From Phoronis australis (Eukaryota > Animalia > Phoronida): a stretch of 64,000 bases of DNA. A program made the position numbers and the translations under genes. The notes below the pieces were generated by a model. That model was not told the origin of the DNA. It saw nothing but the letters and a program-made list of their open reading frames with translations, and ran no database searches. Of the stretch, positions 24,025-35,200 are shown one piece after another; position 1 is the first letter of the stretch; each line of letters opens with the position of its first letter. The stretch covers positions 975,355-1,039,354 of the forward strand of contig NMRA01000060.1 in NCBI GenBank assembly GCA_002633005.1, given 5' to 3'.

Positions 24025-25075
24025 TGTTATCCTGGCCAGTGGCTCGGAGCCCGATCAGGCCCGTCGCGGCCGGCCGGATTGACTCATTATCCCGGCCAGT
24101 GGCTCGGAAACTGATCAGACATCACGGACATGAACCAGCCAAAGTTCAGTGGAAACTAAACTTCCAGTCAAGAAAATACTATACTTGTGAGCAAAAGTAA
24201 TGTGCACGTGATTATGTTGGTGAATTGGCCACGAAACTGCAAATCTACTTACTCGTCGGGGGCCGCGAATTCAGGTTCTGCTTTGGCCACAGCAACGTCA
24301 GGGCAGAAGTTGTACATTGACAATCATTATTTGAGTAATGTAAATGTAAATAAAGATTCCCCTAACACCTGTCCGTGGGATGGAAATCGTGTTGTTTCAC
24401 AACAGTTTCTGCCAGCAAACACTAAATTAGCAGGAGCTCACACGGCCTCGGTGTCCCGTCAATTAGTTTTATTGCACCTAAAGCTGGTAACGCAGTGTTT
24501 TATTCATTGCTGGCTTCTCACATCATTTGCACTCACGAACACTCCAAAGACATTACAAATTGCATCTAATGAGACAGATTTTGTTTCAGTTTTATATAAA
24601 TATTGGTTAGGGTGAGAATAATTCATTTTGAAACAGAACGCTCAGTAATAAACGCCAACATGGCAACTCGCAATCCCGACTTAGGACGAGCTAGAGCTCA
24701 TCAGTCCGACTTCGGTGGTGGATCGTTAAGTTTTACAGGCTATCAATTCGAACAGGAATATGGTGATGAAGAAATACTAGAGAGGCGCCGTGAACAAGCT
24801 CAGGCAACGGAACGTATGGAGTTATTTGGTAAGCCGGCATTCGTCAGGAACTTTCGACGTCTGCAGGCACAGACACGGAGATGTTTCACGGCCTCATACT
24901 TGTTATTTACAGCGTACATTTCATTTTTCACTACCACGAGCCACTTCCTAAGCATTTCGGACTCTCGAGGAAGTAAAAAAACGATATACCCGCTTTCCTC
25001 GCAGCTGCTTAGTTCGGACAAGCGGAAATGATGTACCGCAACATAGCGGCATTCACCCTGCATATGAACCACTGA
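24025..25075. mobile_element. Kolobok-like transposon deletion derivative (KolX-like start on +, decayed THAP domain on -)
   Basis: + 24660: MATRNP...FTGYQFEQEYGDEEI; - about 25044-24860 (with frameshift and stop): MLRYIISACPN*..KAGISFF/LPRESEMLRKWLVVVK...HLRVC, THAP-like. Second partial copy at about 59430-60170. Termini not identified. Confidence 0.55.
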
Positions 25076-25163
25076 CGTCGCTAGCGTCGTTTCTCACCTT
25101 CCTCACAGATTAACGCGACGCCTCTTGGCAAGGTAAGGTCGACCGTATGCGAGGCGATGTGGA

Positions 25164-27737
25164 TTTTATTACTCTGCGCATGTAAGCGCAGGGTACAGTT
25201 GTTCCTGGGTTTTCTTCAATTTTATTCTTATTCTTATTCTTATTCTTATTACTCTGCGCGTGCAAGCGCAGAGTACTGTTGTTACTGGATTTTCTTCAAT
25301 TTCATTACTCTGCGCGTGTAAGCGCAGAGTCCTGTTGTTCCTGGGTTTTCTTCAATTTTCTTCTTATTCTTCTTATTCTTCTTATTCTTCTTCCGACCAA
25401 CTTTGAGGCTTAATAACTCCAAATTGGGTGCAGGTACGGTCTTTAAAATCAGCATATGACTTTTGACAGTATATACATTTTGATTGGTTATGTAATCATA
25501 TTCCATATTGCACCGGAAGAGGTCGTTTGGTCCAAAGGTAATATAATTTTCAAAATGCTACGCCTCCTTTAGTTTTAAAGCTATCTTTTTCAAATTTGGT
25601 GCACAGGTATAAGTCAACATGACAATTTAAAAATTACTTTTCTAAGTAATCGGGTCATCCAATCAGGTGAAATAGGTCAAAGGTCGTTAGGTGCAAACTA
25701 AAATTTTGAGCTAGACACTTCCAATTGACAGGTCTGATTGCCACATGTAAATCAAATCGGAGTCCAAAGTTTCAGGTCATTTAGTGCAAACATGGGGTCA
25801 TTAGGTGCATTTTTCTTCTGAAAATTTGACCTTTTCAATCAGCAAGTATTCTGATGTGTCAACCGTTAGACAACTGTGATTCTCAGCGTTACACACATTT
25901 TCCATGGGCTTTGCAATAATTCTCCTACAGATGCTTAAAATGCACCGGATAAGGTCAATTAGTGCAAAGGTCATGTAACGTTCAGAATGTTATATCTCTT
26001 ACGTTTTTCAAGGAATTCTTTTCAATTTCAGCACACTGGTGTAAGTCAACATGCCATTTGAATACCCTACTTTACTTCGCAATAGGTCTAACCAATCAGA
26101 AAAATAGGTCAAAGGTCATTGAGTGCAAACTAAAATTTTGAGCTAGAGACTTCAGAATTACGTATCTGTTTACTAAGTGCGATTGAGTTTGAATTCTAAA
26201 TTTTCAGGTCATTTGGTGCACCCATGGGGTCATTAGGTGCATTTTTCTTGTGAAAGTTTGACCACTTTATACACCTTGTATTCTCAAGTGCTTAAAGTAA
26301 AACATCTGTGATGATTAGCATTAACCACACTTTTAATCGAGTTAACAATTACTCACTCATCGGGGCTCATAATGCACCGGAAGAGGTCAATTAGTGGAAA
26401 GGTCATCAAAATATTAATATGTAATTTCTCCTACAGTTTTAAAGAATTCCTTTTCATATTGGTAAACGGGTTGCTGTCACTAACTTCCCATAATAATTCC
26501 AGTAAAACGCACGCGCATAGTCCGTTATTGTCACGCCGTGACAATAATATTTCTAGTTCTTATTCTTCTTCCGACCAAATTTGAGGCTTAATAACTCCAA
26601 ATTTGGTGCAGGTACGGTCTTTAAATTCAGCATATAAATTTTGACAGTATATAAATTTTGATTGGTTATATAATCATATTCCATATTGCACCGGAAGAGG
26701 TCGTTTGGTGCAAAGGTCATACAATTTTCAAATTGCTACTCCTCCTTCAGTTTTAAAGCCATCTTTTTCAAATTTGGTGCACAGATATGTGTCAACATGA
26801 CAATTTAAAAATTATTTTTCTAAGTAATCGGGTCATCCATTCAGGTGAAATAGGTCAAAGGTCATTAGGTGCAAACTAAAATTTTGAGCTAGATACTTCA
26901 AATTGACAGGTCTGATAGCCACAGCTAAATCAAGTCGGAATCCAAAGTTTCGGGTCATTTAGTGCAAAAACATGGGGTCATTAGGTGCATTTTTCTTCTG
27001 AAAATTTGACCTTTTCAATCAGCAAGTATTCTGATGTGTCAACCGTTAGACAACTGTGATTCTCAGTGTTAAACACATTTTCCATTTGCTGTGCAATAAT
27101 TCTCAAATGATGCTTAAAATGCACCGGATAAAGTCATTTAGTGCAAAGGTCATGTAACGTTCAAAATGTTATATCTCTTACGTTTTTCAATGAATTCTTT
27201 TAATTTCAGCACACTGGTGTAAGTCAACATGCCAAGTGAATACCCTACTTTACTTCGCAATAGGCCTAACCAATCAGAAAAAATAGGTCAAAGGTCATTG
27301 AGTGCAAACTAAAATTTTGAGCTAGAGACTTCAGAATTACGTATCTGTTTACTAAGTGCGATTGAGTTTGAATTTTAAATTTTCAGGTCATTTGGTGCAC
27401 CCATGGGGTCATTAGGTGCATTTTTCTTCTGAAAATTTGACCAATTCATTCATCTTGTATTCTGAAGTGCTTAAAGTACAACAGCTGTGATTTTTAGCAT
27501 TAACCACACTTTTAATCGAGTGAACAATTACTCCCTCATTGGGGCTCATAATGCACCGGAAGAGGTCAATTAGTGGAAAGGTCATCAAAAAGTTAATGTG
27601 TAATTTCTCCTACAATTTTAAAGAATTCCTTTTTATATTGGTAAATGGGTTGCTGTCAGTAACTTTCCATAATAATTCCAGTAATACGCACGCGCAGAGT
27701 CCGTTATTGTCACGCCGTGACAATAATCTTTCTAGTT
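25164..27737 (+). mobile_element. HINE family 1, nested/tandem cluster (three 5' heads, two bodies of about 1.17 kb)
   Basis: Heads ATTACTCTGCGCGTGTAAGCGCAGAG at about 25168, 25248 and 25304; (TTCTTA)n; 3' subTIR CGCGCAGAGT, hairpin TTATTGTCACG-C-CGTGACAATAA and CTAGTT ends at about 26557 and 27737. Confidence 0.88.
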
Positions 27738-28436
27738 TAGTATCGTAATTATAAGAATTGAAAATAATTTTATTGGTCTCCCTCGGTGCAACAAATCAAG
27801 AATAAGCTCCTGTCACTCAGACTGCAAATTTTTCATCATTATCGTTATTTTAAATTTAAAAAATATTTTTTGTTGCATCTAATTGCCTTCATTGTTGTTG
27901 CTGAAATAGATGTCAGGTACTGCTTAAGATGAGTGCGTTTTGCTAACATGACACAGTAACTTTAGATCTGTTGAGGTATGGTTTAGATTGAAATGTGTAT
28001 TTAGGGCCGTAATATTTTCCTCTTTTTTGTCATGGGTCTTTCCAAGCCCTGTAAAATGCTGCATGGAGGACTAGTTTCAGCACACAAAACAATATCCAGT
28101 CAGCTCAATCTTTTGCAAATTTGATTTAGTCGTCTTTCCCGGTATTTGATGTAGATATGCAGTTACAGGTGAAGCACTCCCAGATATGCCTTAAAGTACA
28201 GGTTAGACTAATTTTATAATGGTGACTAAGACATGCTGGTACGTAACTTTTTGTAATGTATTGTATAATTGCATGTGTATGTGCGCCGGAGGCCTTTTGC
28301 ACAAAAACGAAATAAACATCCATTCATCACTAAGCTAATTCAAAAGCTAATGTATTTGACATTGAAATCGTTGAATACAACTGCACTAGAGATTCGACAG
28401 AATTAGATGGTTGCACCACTGACACCCACCAAGAAT

Positions 28437-29214
28437 CTACAATTTTGTTGTAAGATTTACCCATGGCGTCCAAATTCCATTAAAGTTTGCAGGATTCCCT
28501 CTGGGGTCTTCAGGACTACACATAACAGGCACAGCAGTAGAGTTCCACTTTTGTAACCGTGACATCATTAACATAACTATTCCTGGCTTCTCATTTGCTA
28601 AATTTCTGAACTCGCATGGGTCAGACGGAATGTGATAAAGGCATGGCGATTTCATGGGTTCACAGTTTGAAGATGCATCAAGCGGAATTGGCCCACACTG
28701 AATATGAACACTTTTCAAATGGTTAATTTTTGGTTTTCGCATCAATATTTCTAAAAAAGTGCTACCTTTTAAATCGATTTTTCCCTGGCCACCATTAACT
28801 ACCACGTGTTCCCCACTTAAATGATCGCCGGCCGCACTATCCTTCTGTTTACCACACTTCTCATTGGGTGAATACCATCCACTGAAAACCCGTCCTCGAA
28901 ATCGTTCCTCACCCATTATTAGTTTGTATTCACCAACCCTAATTGCCGCTGCGTTCATGACCTTGTTAGTGGGGTCGATGTTATGTAATATTTCATTTCG
29001 TGGAGAAGGCTTGTTTTTCGTCAGCGAGTCCCACATATCGAAGCCGTCTAGATTCTTTAGCGAGCTGGTATCACCCCCGGCAGCATGGATGAGAGTTGGC
29101 AGCCAATCACAAACGTGCATCATGCGGTCCGATACAGCACCGCCTGTCAACTGTGGTCCGTGTATGAAGCCAGTGCCCCTCACTCCACCTTCCCATAGTT
29201 GGAACTTAGTCCCC
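28437..29214 (-). CDS. ARSB: Arylsulfatase terminal exon 8
   Basis: [13 protein letters not shown]...HVCDWLPTL...LDGFDMW...[11 protein letters not shown]...WTPW; TAG at 28439-28437. Confidence 0.95.
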
Positions 29215-32200
29215 CTAAAAAGCAAATTGGTTAAATTAAACGTAAACCTCAAACTTACAGTATTTCGTCCCGTTTATCTGGCTGAAACACAAATAAAACT
29301 GGACCTTTTACTCTCATAACTTCAGTCTCATCATGTTCTTTATAATGATGGGATTCTATTTCTATTATGACTAAGGACGTTAAGACCAGCAGCAGAGCAG
29401 TGACTCAAGAAAATGCTTCAGATTTTATTGGGGTTGCCCAATAAAGTAAAAAACTGTCACGTGCCACGCGCATGCATTCTCCGTTGTAATGAGTTGGTAA
29501 TGTAGACGACTTTCTGTCACGGCAAAGAATATTATGAGATGGGCAGTCACCAGTGATAGTCTGGAACATTCTAGAGTATATGTATTTGCAGAATGATTGG
29601 GTAGATTCCAGAAAGTTCTAGGATGTGCTTGAATTGGTGAAAAGTTGCAGAACATTGTAATGGACTATAAATTTCCAGGCCCAGCTACAGAGGTAAGTTA
29701 CAGTTTTGCTGCAGTTACAGTATCAGAGGTTACAGTAGTAGTCAATAGAGAGCCAGCTATAGAGACGGCAGGTTATTGAATCATTAACGAGTGTAGCAGT
29801 TGCTGAAAGTGATTCAGAATTGTTCATCATAAGTCAAAACATCGCAGCACTGGCTGGAGCATGGAACAGACATTTCGTTGGACGTTTTGTTTGTGTAGGA
29901 CTTGTGAACGTACGGTCGAAATTTATAAAGTAACTCGAACCAGCCTTCAATTCATCATCGCACCGGCCAAAAGCTATTAGCACCGGTCAGTGACAACCTG
30001 CGCCCACTCATTCACTGTCCAACGTGACATATAGCTAAAAGGATATTCTCGTCAAGAAAAGTGATTTTTCAGAAATTAGGACTAGTGCAAAATTGAACCA
30101 CTAGCTAGCTCTGAAGTAGCAGCCGAATGCTCAACCGCTAAGCCTAATCTCACACGTACATTACGAACTAGCACAGACATGATGTCAGAACATATTTGCC
30201 AGACAACGGTGAGAATTGGCTATTTGAAAAAATGATTTTTAGTATGCGCCCACATATTTATATGTGGACGCATTACACTGTCATCTGTCCGTCCATCCGT
30301 CAGTTGGCCTCCGTCCGGTGTCCGGCGTCCGCTTCTCTATCTCCAAAACACCTTGACGTATGTTCATGAAATTTTGCACGCGTTAACCTTCTTGAATGGG
30401 ACAGCATGAGCGAACTTTCGGACGGATCCGACTACCGGTATGCTCCCTAGTGGCGATTTTAGTTTTTTACGTTTACCTCTGTATCTACAAATGTCCTGAA
30501 CGGATTTTTATAAAATTTGGTATATAGATACATATTAGTGAGATAACCCTATCCTCCCGTTTCCGGATGGATTCAACGTAGTTTACGCCACCTAGTGGCC
30601 ATTTTTACTGTTTTCGAGTCTGTTTTTGCGTTCACCCCCGGCCTCTATCAACCAAACCGCTCAAAGGATGATTGTGAAAATGAGCACGTATGTTCTTACT
30701 ATGAAGTGCACGGCTGACGATGATTTTCCGACGACTTCGACTACTCTGGCGCCTCCTAGTGGCATTTTTGTTATTTTTTTGCGCCTATGGCTGTATCTCC
30801 TAAACCGTTTGCAGGATCTTTAGCCTACTTAATTTAGTAAGTATATTTGTATGATGTTAACAACGGAGGACGGCGACTTTCAGACGGATCTGACTACTGG
30901 TGTGCCACCTAGTGGCAATTTTATTTTTTTTACGTTTACCTCTGTATGTTCAAAGGTCCTCAAGTAGTTTCATAAAGTTTGGCATAGGCCTACAGGCAGC
31001 TGTTAATGACGTGACGCTATCTCTCCGTTTTCAGATGGATGTTCGACCTGGTTGACGCCACCTAGTGGCCATTTTTACTGTTTTCTAGTCTGTTTTTGGC
31101 GTCCACTCGTCTATCAACTAAACCGCTTTCAGGATAATTGTGAAAATTGTATGTTTTTACTATGAAGTGGACGGCTGGCATGACTTTCCGGCGAGTTTGA
31201 CTACTGTGGCGCCATCTAGTGGCAGTTTCTTTTGCGCCCATGGCTTTAGGCCTATCTCCTAAACCGTTTACAGGATCTTTGCTTAATTTAGCAAGTGTAT
31301 TTATATGATGTTGACAACAGACAACGACGACTTTCGGACGGATCAGACTACTGGTGTGCCCCCTAGTGGCAATTTTAGTTTTTTACGTTTACCAGTCTGT
31401 ATCTTCAAATGTCTTAAACAGATTTTCATAAAATTTTGGTGAGATGACGCTGTCATCCTGTTTTTGGATGGAATCGAGGTATCTTGCGCCACCTAGTGGC
31501 CATTTTTGCTGTCTTCAAATCTCGTTTTTGACGTCCACACGTCGATCAACCAAATCATTCTAGGGATGGTTTTGAAAATTGGCGTATATTATGTTTTCAG
31601 TGTGAAGAGGACGTTTGATGATGGCGACTGACTACTGTGGGGCCTCTTAGTGGTAGTTTTGTTTTGTTTTTCGCCCATAGCAGTATCTCCAAAACCCACT
31701 GCAGGATCTTTATTAAATTTAGTAAGTGAATTTATATGAAGATAAGAGACGACGACTTTCAGGCGGATCCAACGGACGCTGTGCCCAGTAGTGGCAGTTT
31801 TATTTTGTTCTGTTCTCTGAAGTTCTTTGACAGATTTTTATGAAATGGGGCATGTTCCTGGTTTTGGATGGATTGTACGTTTTTGCGCCATCTAGTGGCC
31901 ATATAACCCTAAAAGCATACCATTTGCGATGCATTCGTGGGTCATTTCAGCGCTCCGCGTTGCTCTTGTTGTTGTTTTATAGCTCTGGTCAGGCTAATAA
32001 GAAGCTAGTCTATCTCCGTCATCCAACATTAACTCCAAAATGCATTTTTCGTTCATAAAACCGACTCTTAATCAGTGGAACAATTTTTCAACAGACTTCT
32101 ATAATTTGGGACAATGTTATTTACCTAAGAGGCCAGTTACAGGCACAGTTTCCTTCCATGCCATTGGCTGGTCCACCATTATCGGTAGTGAAGACAATAA

Positions 32201-35200
32201 TAGAGTTATCAAACATGCCGTTGGATAGTAAAGCCTTTGTAATGTTACCTACAGAATCATCTAAAGCTGCTACCATGCCTGAAATACAAAAATTGTTTTA
32301 TTATTGGTACCAATATTATGATCCAATCATCATTTAATATATTAGAAAGAAAAATTCATGATGCAAAAATCCTTATCCATCTTATGCCAAGGATGAACTG
32401 TCTTAAGCACTTCGCCAACATGTTTAATGTTTATACGTGTATCATCTGAATGACTGATAATTGTTACTACATTCAAACATCTTGTGGGAGAACCAAAGTG
32501 TGCCTTCCTTGCTGACACTGGGTTGTTTGGTTCAAGGAGGTGGTGCTCTTTCAAGATGCCACATTTAAATGCTGGGTTGGACTGCATGTAAAAGACGGAA
32601 TACGCATAGGTAATATCGTGAGAGTAAAATTAATGGGGAACTCGAAATTACATCAGGTGGGCAACAGTGCGCACCAAACGTTCTCCCCTTAGAAATGTCC
32701 ACGTTCATGTTATCACACCAACACCCCCTTGTTGAACTGCTTTCTGCTCTCAAACTTATAACAGTTAAGAAGCGGGACCTGTATTCATTACCATCAGCAG
32801 TTAATGAAATTTTGTCCATTCTTATGTATTCATTCTGACTCAGGAACACACATTCTAGCTCATGCATTATGTCAGTATCCAATGTTTAAGCATCAACCTG
32901 CGTGATAAGGCAGTTAAAAAAGACTCTATTAGCGTTCCCAAATTTGTGTGTTTCTACACCAATAAACTTCCTTATCTCATTTTGGGCTTGGAGGGGGTGG
33001 GGGTAAACAGCCTCCCGTTCAGTAACGCTAGGACCTCGCTAAACAGCAAGACTTCACGAGATTACGTGAGATATTGCCGTGTATTTTAAATGAGAACACG
33101 TGACTTTGAGTAGGTTTTAGCTAGGTCCTAGCGTCTACTGAACGCACGCCAGGTTGCATAGTGGCTTGGAATTTTGCCAATTGCAAGTCATGTATGTGAT
33201 TCACACACAGTAGACCTTTTGAAATGGACATGACAGTGAAAGCAGGATCCTTTGTGAACCTTTCTTAGGATACAACATTTCCAGACGGCTAAGTCGTATG
33301 CAGGGAATCGAAGGCCTAAGGACTGCATGAGCAGGCATAGCCATGCGACCATTTCCACCTCGACATAAAGGCTGCGAATTAGTGCAATTATCCACGGTGT
33401 CAAGAAAGTGTTTCGCTGATTTAAATGACCACAACAATTCTTTGACTTTACCTGCAAAAGTACGCCTCTTTTCATTCTTGATATGAGGGAACCGGTCGAT
33501 GTATTTCTGAGGAGCCTGGAGTGACTGGTCAGGGTTACCCGCGTGGACAGCTTGATGAGCCAGGTACAGGAATAAAGGCTGAAAAGCAAAGGGTGGAATG
33601 TATCATCGAATATCATACTATCATGTTCTAATAGCAATGCATATTTTAGAAGTATATATTTAACTTTAGCCAGTCGAGGCAAGAATTTTAATTGGGTCAT
33701 TATGTACGCAAACCAAGGCAACCAAGCTCATGCTACAAACGTGTCACACAATATTTGGCTGCATGTAGACCAGTGGTTAAAACGGAACTATAAGGGACAG
33801 TTCAAAATTGAAATATTTCAGTAAAATTACCTGTGACCTTTCGTGCTGTCTAATAATTCTCTCAGCCTCACTGGTGAACAGTTCAGTTGAATACTGACCA
33901 AATTCATCAAGAACAGGATCTAAGCCTCTGTGGAAATCCAGACCCCAGTATCCGTTCATCTGCCATGTGAACAAAAACGTTGAAACATTCAACCAGATTG
34001 ATATATTCTGTTCATTGTCAAGAGATTTCACATCACGCATAGCAGGTAATGTCAGATGAAATTACTGAAAAAGCGAGCTGAAAATGTGCTGAATAACTTT
34101 TATGAAATGACGAAATTAAATGACCACAGACAATGCTGTAAAAGCTACAGAAATCCCTACATTTTAGTAGATTAACCAAAAACACTTTTTTGGCCCTTGG
34201 TGATTAGACCGTAGTGTTGTGCGCACAGCAGATAATAAACTGAATTGACTGTGACCGTACTTTCTAGGTTATAAGTATAATTTCTTATCCGATTTTCAAA
34301 ATAAAAAACCTAGCATGTGTACTCTTCACAGATTATTCAAAAAGACTGTTTAAAAACTATCAGACTGAAGTTTAAAACATAATATTGTTGCCCCAAGTGA
34401 TTTCAACCTGATGGACAGTTTTGTGCAAAGATCGAAAAGATTAGCTGAAGCTGGATGGTTTCTTTAAAGATAACAGCAGATTTTTTAAAAGGTTACCAAG
34501 TCAGTCGAGATGCCCAAACTCGATCAGTGGCTGTCAGCGTAGGAATCTTTTCATTAAAAACCCTACTGTTCTTCAACCGTTATTAATATTCCACGGCCTT
34601 TTGAAGTCTTCTAACTGCTTACAAATGGATCTACCGTTTTTCTTCACTCATTCAAAGGACCAATTAATTAGGAATGAACATTTTAAGGGAAATGTCGAGA
34701 CCTGTAAGGTCAAGGTGTTCAAGATTCATATTTTGAATTACATACTCTTGTATTTCTGAGGCACGAAAATATGCAATAACTGTAGTTCGCAGGATGAGAT
34801 GTTATTAAGTACTTTCAGGTATATATTTGTAATTAAACTTCAATATAATTAAGAATAAGCTAGATCTGCATTCATTACCAAGGATCAAATTTCTTATATA
34901 AGTTTCAAATTACTAGTTGTAGTTTCATAAAACTATGTCTTTCAAATCCTTGTTGATCATAGAATACTATTATGTTTACAAAAATAATGTTTAGATTTCG
35001 TAATCTCAATTTTTTTTAAGAGACCACTTTGTTTTTCACAAACATGAATTTTACTGCACGAAACTTGTGATTTTATCTTTATTCTATTACCTGTAAAGGC
35101 ATTCTAGGATTTTTAAGGCCTTATAGCCTGAGACCTACCACAACATGTAAAGGCAACACGATCCTATCAAAAGGCGGAAAAATTTCATTTTTCAGCAGCC

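Noticed and set aside
28864-29319. 151-aa plus-strand ORF (also 35424-35864)
   Set aside because: Antisense shadows of sulfatase exons.
29425-29655. Possible alternative sulfatase exon (HSANTY resembles AVHSAN)
   Set aside because: Wrong position in the gene, and HPRTFWNLP better fits a LINE ORF2 C-terminal remnant; the true exon is 33452-33578.
33188-33721. 177-aa minus-strand ORF
   Set aside because: Overlaps sulfatase exon 6 in a different frame; no recognisable motifs.
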